The notes under the pieces: model-generated | The model's input: only the letters and a program-made list of their open reading frames with translations | What the model was told of the DNA's origin: nothing | The model's database searches: none | Assembly (NCBI GenBank): GCA_950097015.1 | Contig: CATNEN010000038.1 | Coordinates: 33,666,001 to 33,730,000 of the forward strand | Reading direction: 5' to 3' | Origin: Macrostomum hystrix | Taxonomy: Eukaryota; Animalia; Platyhelminthes | Length of the DNA stretch: 64,000 bases | Shown here: positions 59,248-64,000 of the stretch, piece after piece | Layout: every line of letters starts with the position of its first letter | Position numbering within the stretch: position 1 is the stretch's first letter | Program-made: the position numbers and the translations under genes

Positions 59248-61703
59248 ATGAATAGTAAATGTATGTACAAATGCTACTTTTCTTACTCCGCAGCAGCCAC
59301 CATGCAGCACATCCAGAAGACATCGGCGACAGGATCGGCCAGTGCCTCTGTGTCATCGGCGAGAGGATCGGCCAGTGCCTCTGTGTCATCGGCGACAGGA
59401 TCGGCCAGTGCCTCTGTGTCATCGGCGACAGGATCCGCCAGTGCCACTGTGTCATCAGCGACAGGATCGGCCAGTGCCTCTGTGTCATCGGCGACAGGAT
59501 CGGCCAGTGCCTCTGTGTCATCGGCGACAGTATCGGCCAGTGCCTCTGTGTCATCGGCGACAGGATCGGCCAGTGCCTCTGTGTCATCGGCGACAGGATC
59601 GGCCAGTGCCTCTGTGTTATCGGCGACAGGATCGGCCAGCACATCGTCGGTGTCAGCCCAAGGAGCAGCGGAGCCACTCCTGCCACTCTCTGTTTTTCAA
59701 GAGAGGCATCTCATTCTGCAGCATTCACTTGAAGACGAGTGCACCTTTGCTTCTCTTTTGCGGCTGTGGCAGCTTAACGAGAACTGTAGCGATGCTGCTA
59801 TGAATCGTATACGCCTCCTCCTAAGCCACATTCCGGATAGAAATTTGCCAGAGTCTGCAAAGCAAATGAAAACGCGAGTGAAAAATTTCTTCAGTCATTC
59901 ATTTACCTCTGCTCGTCTGTGTCTGGTTTGTGAGAAGACTGGCTGCCGTGAACATGAAGACTTGGCCACTACCGTCGTGATTACGAATGTACAAGGCCAG
60001 ATCGAGAACATCTTGGACTCACAGTTGGAGGTGCTTTGGAGTACGAGCGCGAGATGAGGAGTGGCATGTACACTGATGTCCTCAACTCCGATGTAGCAGA
60101 ACACCTCGAGCGAAGCTCTCGTACTAACCTACACATGTACTTTTTGCTTAATGCAGATGGAGCTTCATTTTGGGAAATTCTGACGTGCAGATTTGGCCTC
60201 TGAAAGCAATCCTTCTGAATCTTCCTCCTGGCAAGAGGAAATTGTTTCGCAACATCATTTTGCTTGCAATGGTTTCCGCTAAACAGAAGCCCAACTTTCG
60301 CCAATGTCTGCCTGCAATTCTCAACAAGCTGCCTGCACTGGTTGAATATGGCATATTTTCAGTGCACCTGCATTTCTCTTTCATTGTAAGTGATCTCCCA
60401 GCTCTCGACTGTTCTGCATAAAGCAGTTCAATGGAGAATTCTCCTGTCCTAAGTGCCTAAACCCTGGCAAAAGTCTGCGAACTGGGCTCTGGGTGTTTGC
60501 CCCAAATTCCCAGTGTCCGCTCCGAACAACTGCATTTCATCTCGAATGTGTGCGCTTCCTTGAACAGTCGGGCCTAAAGAGCATTTTTGGCGTAACTGGA
60601 GTGTCACCGCTGTGTAAGTGTAACAGTTTCCCAGCAAACTTCATAATTGACGGAATGCATGCATTTTTCGAGGGCCAGGTCAAGCTTCTGCTAACAATGT
60701 CAACTGACGGCAAGAACCGCCACGAGGAGTTTTTCATCGGTCGTTCCGTTCGCGAAGCTGTTGATTCATTGCTTGAAAATCTGAAGTTTCCACACGGAAT
60801 TCATCGGCCGCCTACCCTTGCAACATTGAGTCTCTGGAAGGCGAAGGATTTTAAGTTGTTTTCCCTGTTCTTGTGGATTCCTTTGCTGCTGGCTGGTTTG
60901 GTTTACACCAGAATGGTTTACACCGGGAGCTCATTTTCTGCCTAATCACAGGCTATCATTTCATGTACAGCAATGCCGGATTTGAGCAGGTTCAGTTGCT
61001 CACCACTGCTTTCATGGAGAGTGCAGCTGAAGTCTTTTCAGAGGAGGTACATCGACAGAACTTCCATCTGTTGGAGCACATGGGGAATCAGTGCCGCGAG
61101 TTTGGACCAATATCTTCTTACTCAATGTTTCCATTCGAAGGTGCGATGCTGCATTTCAAGCACATGTTTTCTGGTACTCGCTATCAAGCCGAGCAGATTG
61201 CCGAGCGTTTTTTTGGTACAGTTCATTGGTTAATTCCTTTCAACACTCTGAATTCACCGCTTACGAGGCATTTACATCTGCAATCGCTGATACATCGCTA
61301 CCAAGGGACTGCATAGTGGTAAATGGACAAGCAGTCTTCGCACATGGGCACGAGACCAACTTCAAGACATGCTCCTCGTTCGTCTACCTGAAGGATGGTC
61401 GCTTTTCTCTGATCAGGGAAGTCTGTCCAGGCGGTCAGAGTTTTCTAGGATCAATACTAGACTCAGTGGGAACGCTTCAAAGTGTCCTCTTCCCGCTGTT
61501 TACTCGGCCAGTTCTAGCAGCAGCTCGTTCCAAGCCGTCGCTGAGCTACGAAATGTTCAACAGAAATGCCCGCAATGATGGGATTGAATGGTTTCCGTCT
61601 TCAATGATTCAGTCGCGCTGCACAAAGATTGATCTCAATCATCTGCGTGGTGTAGGGAGTTTTTTTCTCTGTTACCTATGTTGGAAGAGAGCGAGCATGA
61701 CTA
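59248..61703 (+). pseudogene. Second CMC/EnSpm transposase with several frameshifts and an N-terminal 30-bp repeat
   Basis: CLVC, LNADGASF, IWPLKAILLNLPP..RKLFRNIILLAM, SDLPA, KQFNGEFSCPKC, IDGMHAFFEG, WKAKDFKLF, NFHLLEH...FGPISSYSMFPFEG; SATGSASASV repeat at ~59320-59650. Confidence 0.88.
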
Positions 61704-63245
61704 GGTGGTGCATTGACGACTGTTTCTCTATTTCTCCGGTCCTATTTTTCTGCATTCGCTCACAATACTCAATTTCTCAAATATCTCAATTATCAATTGA
61801 AGTCCGTGTGTCTGTTCTGCGATCATCTCGTACTCTAAAAAGGCTATTTTTATATATTGCTAATCGTGCAATTTAGTTATGTGCTTTCTTTTCACGTGCA
61901 TTTTTCTGTATATTCAGAGAAAAAACTGTGTCGATACTCAAAATCCTACAATGCGTTCATGTGCAACTTTCTTTGTCCTTTTTATGCATTTTGTTTCAGC
62001 GCTGAAATATTCCTTTCTGCTGTTTTTCTTACTTGCTTAATTCTGCAAGCGTATTCTTTCATTCTTAACTGCTTCGTGCAATCAGGCTGCATTGAATTTT
62101 CGCGTGTAGTTCTTTTAAGTTAATTTTTTCGTTGGTTCTTTTTTGCTATAGCAGGAATCATAGAAAAAATATTTTAAATTGCCTGTTTACTTTAGTAAAG
62201 GAAATGTTGTGTTAGATGTTCTATGAATTCTCTTAATTTCCTCAAATTTCTATATATTGAAACCATGCAATGTACAATCGTTGTAAACTAACTTTGTCTA
62301 AGCTGCTTACACTAGCAATTTAGCATCTGTGACTGTGCATTTTCACTTTATGCTAATGTGACTCTTGGCAGCAATAATTACTGAAGTAATCAGGTTTTCC
62401 CATGCAAACGCTAGTTGCTTTAATGTGTATATTCATTTGGATTGAACTTTTTTTAGATTTTCTCTTCAATGATAATCAAATTAATGTAATTATATAATAA
62501 CATTAATATTATTATATACAATTATACATGAATAAGTGCCAACATACATATCACTGTTAATTACTGATTCTGTGTCCTCCAGCATCATAGTCTGCTGAAC
62601 TAAACATGTATAGATGGAAGTAGAATGCTCCGGTTCTTTTTCACATGTTTTATATTAGTTAGAAGTGAATGTCTAGTCATAAATATCTGAATTTTAATAT
62701 CTAGTGTAATGCGTTGACATCGGATTTACATAACTGACAAGCTGAGTACAATTATTAGCAAAGACCGTTAGAAACTTGCCATATGTATTTTGGCATGTAC
62801 TTGACACTAGACCCTAAATATATTATTATGTATTATTAATACATTATAATGCATTATTAATACGATAATAATGTAATTTTATTACATTAAAATGCATTAT
62901 TCATGCATTTCTAAATGCATTATTTTGCATTATTGGCGCCTAGGGAAAGCTTTAAGCAGTAAATTTAATTATTTATTTTAGTATTTAAATTTAAATACGG
63001 CTCGAATCTATCACAAAATTTCAAAATACTTTGTTACGTGCAGATTTAAATTGCAAGAATATATGATTCCCACGGTAGGAAATGTTAATAAGATTTGATA
63101 TGTGGAGAGGCCTTAAGTTCTTTTCAATTGACGTACGAGGTTTTTCTTACCATCATGGCGCTATGTTATTATTATAAAAAAGAGCATGACGTATATATTA
63201 GAAACAGCAAGGTGGATAATTTTCTCATCGACCATGCTATTCCAT

Positions 63246-64000
63246 CACAGACAAAGAAATATAACTAGACTGCGCATCCCGCATTTCTTGCTTGGGCTTG
63301 TTTTTGACCAAATGACAGTGGAAAAAATGGTCCCTCTCTACCTACTTGAAAACGATCGATAATTGTGCTTGGGCAAGAAGTTAGGGTACAGGCCTGCTTT
63401 TCTTTCCGCCTGCGTTGATATGTAGCTATATATTAAAGTGGTCTGGGGACAAAAATATAAACTTATAAAACACATACTTGAAATACAAAGCAAGCTGCTT
63501 CAGTCTAATCTAAATCAATCCTCACCAAATCGAACTGCCATGGAAGAATCTAATTCTTCAAAACGGCCTAGCAGAAAAAGTCACGGCAGCTTTTGCTGCG
63601 CTATTAATAGATTTGAGCCTAGAGGCTGCTCGAACAACTCGTCAATGTCTCCGGCAGTGTCCTTCCATTTTTTTCCAAAGGACACTGAAATGAAGAGAAA
63701 GTGGCTGGTTGCGTTCCGACGCAAGGAGTTCAAACCATCGGCGACCACCCAAGTCTGCTCGGTCCACTTTGCAGAGTCTTGCTTCAAGGAACAACTAGCC
63801 GGCTTTCTGCCCACCACAAGAAGGCGGCTGTATCCAAATGCTGTTCCTTCTATCTTCCCGACGCTCCCTGACCGCCTGCAGCCTGTTGAAAAGAAGCGAA
63901 AAACAGCCACCGCCGCCGCCGCCGCTGCTCAGGAAGTTGACTTTGCTGCATTTTTGAAAGCGCCGGAATGTAGCAAGACGAAGGCTCAGCCAACTGACAC
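63246..64000 (+). mobile_element. Left end of a P-type/THAP transposon
   Basis: Candidate terminus cacagacaaagaaatataactagactgc resembles the terminus at 47830; a THAP ORF follows. Confidence 0.6.
63540..64000 (+). CDS. THAP zinc-finger domain protein/transposase N-terminus (runs off the window; absent from the ORF track)
   Basis: MEESNSS...FCCAINRFEPRGCSNN...SFHFFPKD...KWLVAFRR...QVCSVHF...RLYPNAVPSIFP: the C2CH THAP signature with W, FP and the AVP box. Confidence 0.9.
   Translation, partial: MEESNSSKRPSRKSHGSFCCAINRFEPRGCSNNSSMSPAVSFHFFPKDTEMKRKWLVAFRRKEFKPSATTQVCSVHFAESCFKEQLAGFLPTTRRRLYPNAVPSIFPTLPDRLQPVEKKRKTATAAAAAAQEVDFAAFLKAPECSKTKAQPTD

Overview
This is eukaryotic (animal) genomic DNA: spliceosomal GT-AG introns, AT-rich, and very rich in minisatellites. 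The style resembles a flatworm such as Macrostomum, but that is only a guess. Host genes: an 18-exon two-pore channel gene of the TPC3 type (22801-38027, +), reconstructed exon by exon, with one GC-AG intron and a different minisatellite in most large introns; a small secreted EGF-domain gene (39940-40722); an orphan intronless ORF (19580-20689); and the last exon of an NPF-motif protein (15594-16169). Most of the rest is mobile DNA. (i) A tyrosine recombinase fused to a PWWP chromatin-reader domain, followed by a hierarchical palindrome array (1-5706). (ii) A ~9.7 kb CMC/EnSpm (CACTA-type) transposon (5707-15435) carrying three co-oriented genes: the transposase, a spliced BEN-domain protein and, unexpectedly, a compact intronless CtIP/Sae2 homologue (CxxC, RHR and FW motifs, plus S-x-T-Q repeats). 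(iii) A LOA-like LINE with RNase H, interrupted by a P/THAP9-type element. (iv) A second, frameshifted EnSpm transposase preceded by a 32-bp array and an HTH-only ORF. (v) Tc1, mariner and Sola-like remnants, tRNA-derived SINEs, and a THAP/P element starting at the window end. The best candidate for an undescribed system is the transposon that appears to carry its own DSB-end/hairpin-processing cofactor (CtIP); the YR-PWWP integrase is second. All family assignments come from motif recognition by eye; no database searches were run.
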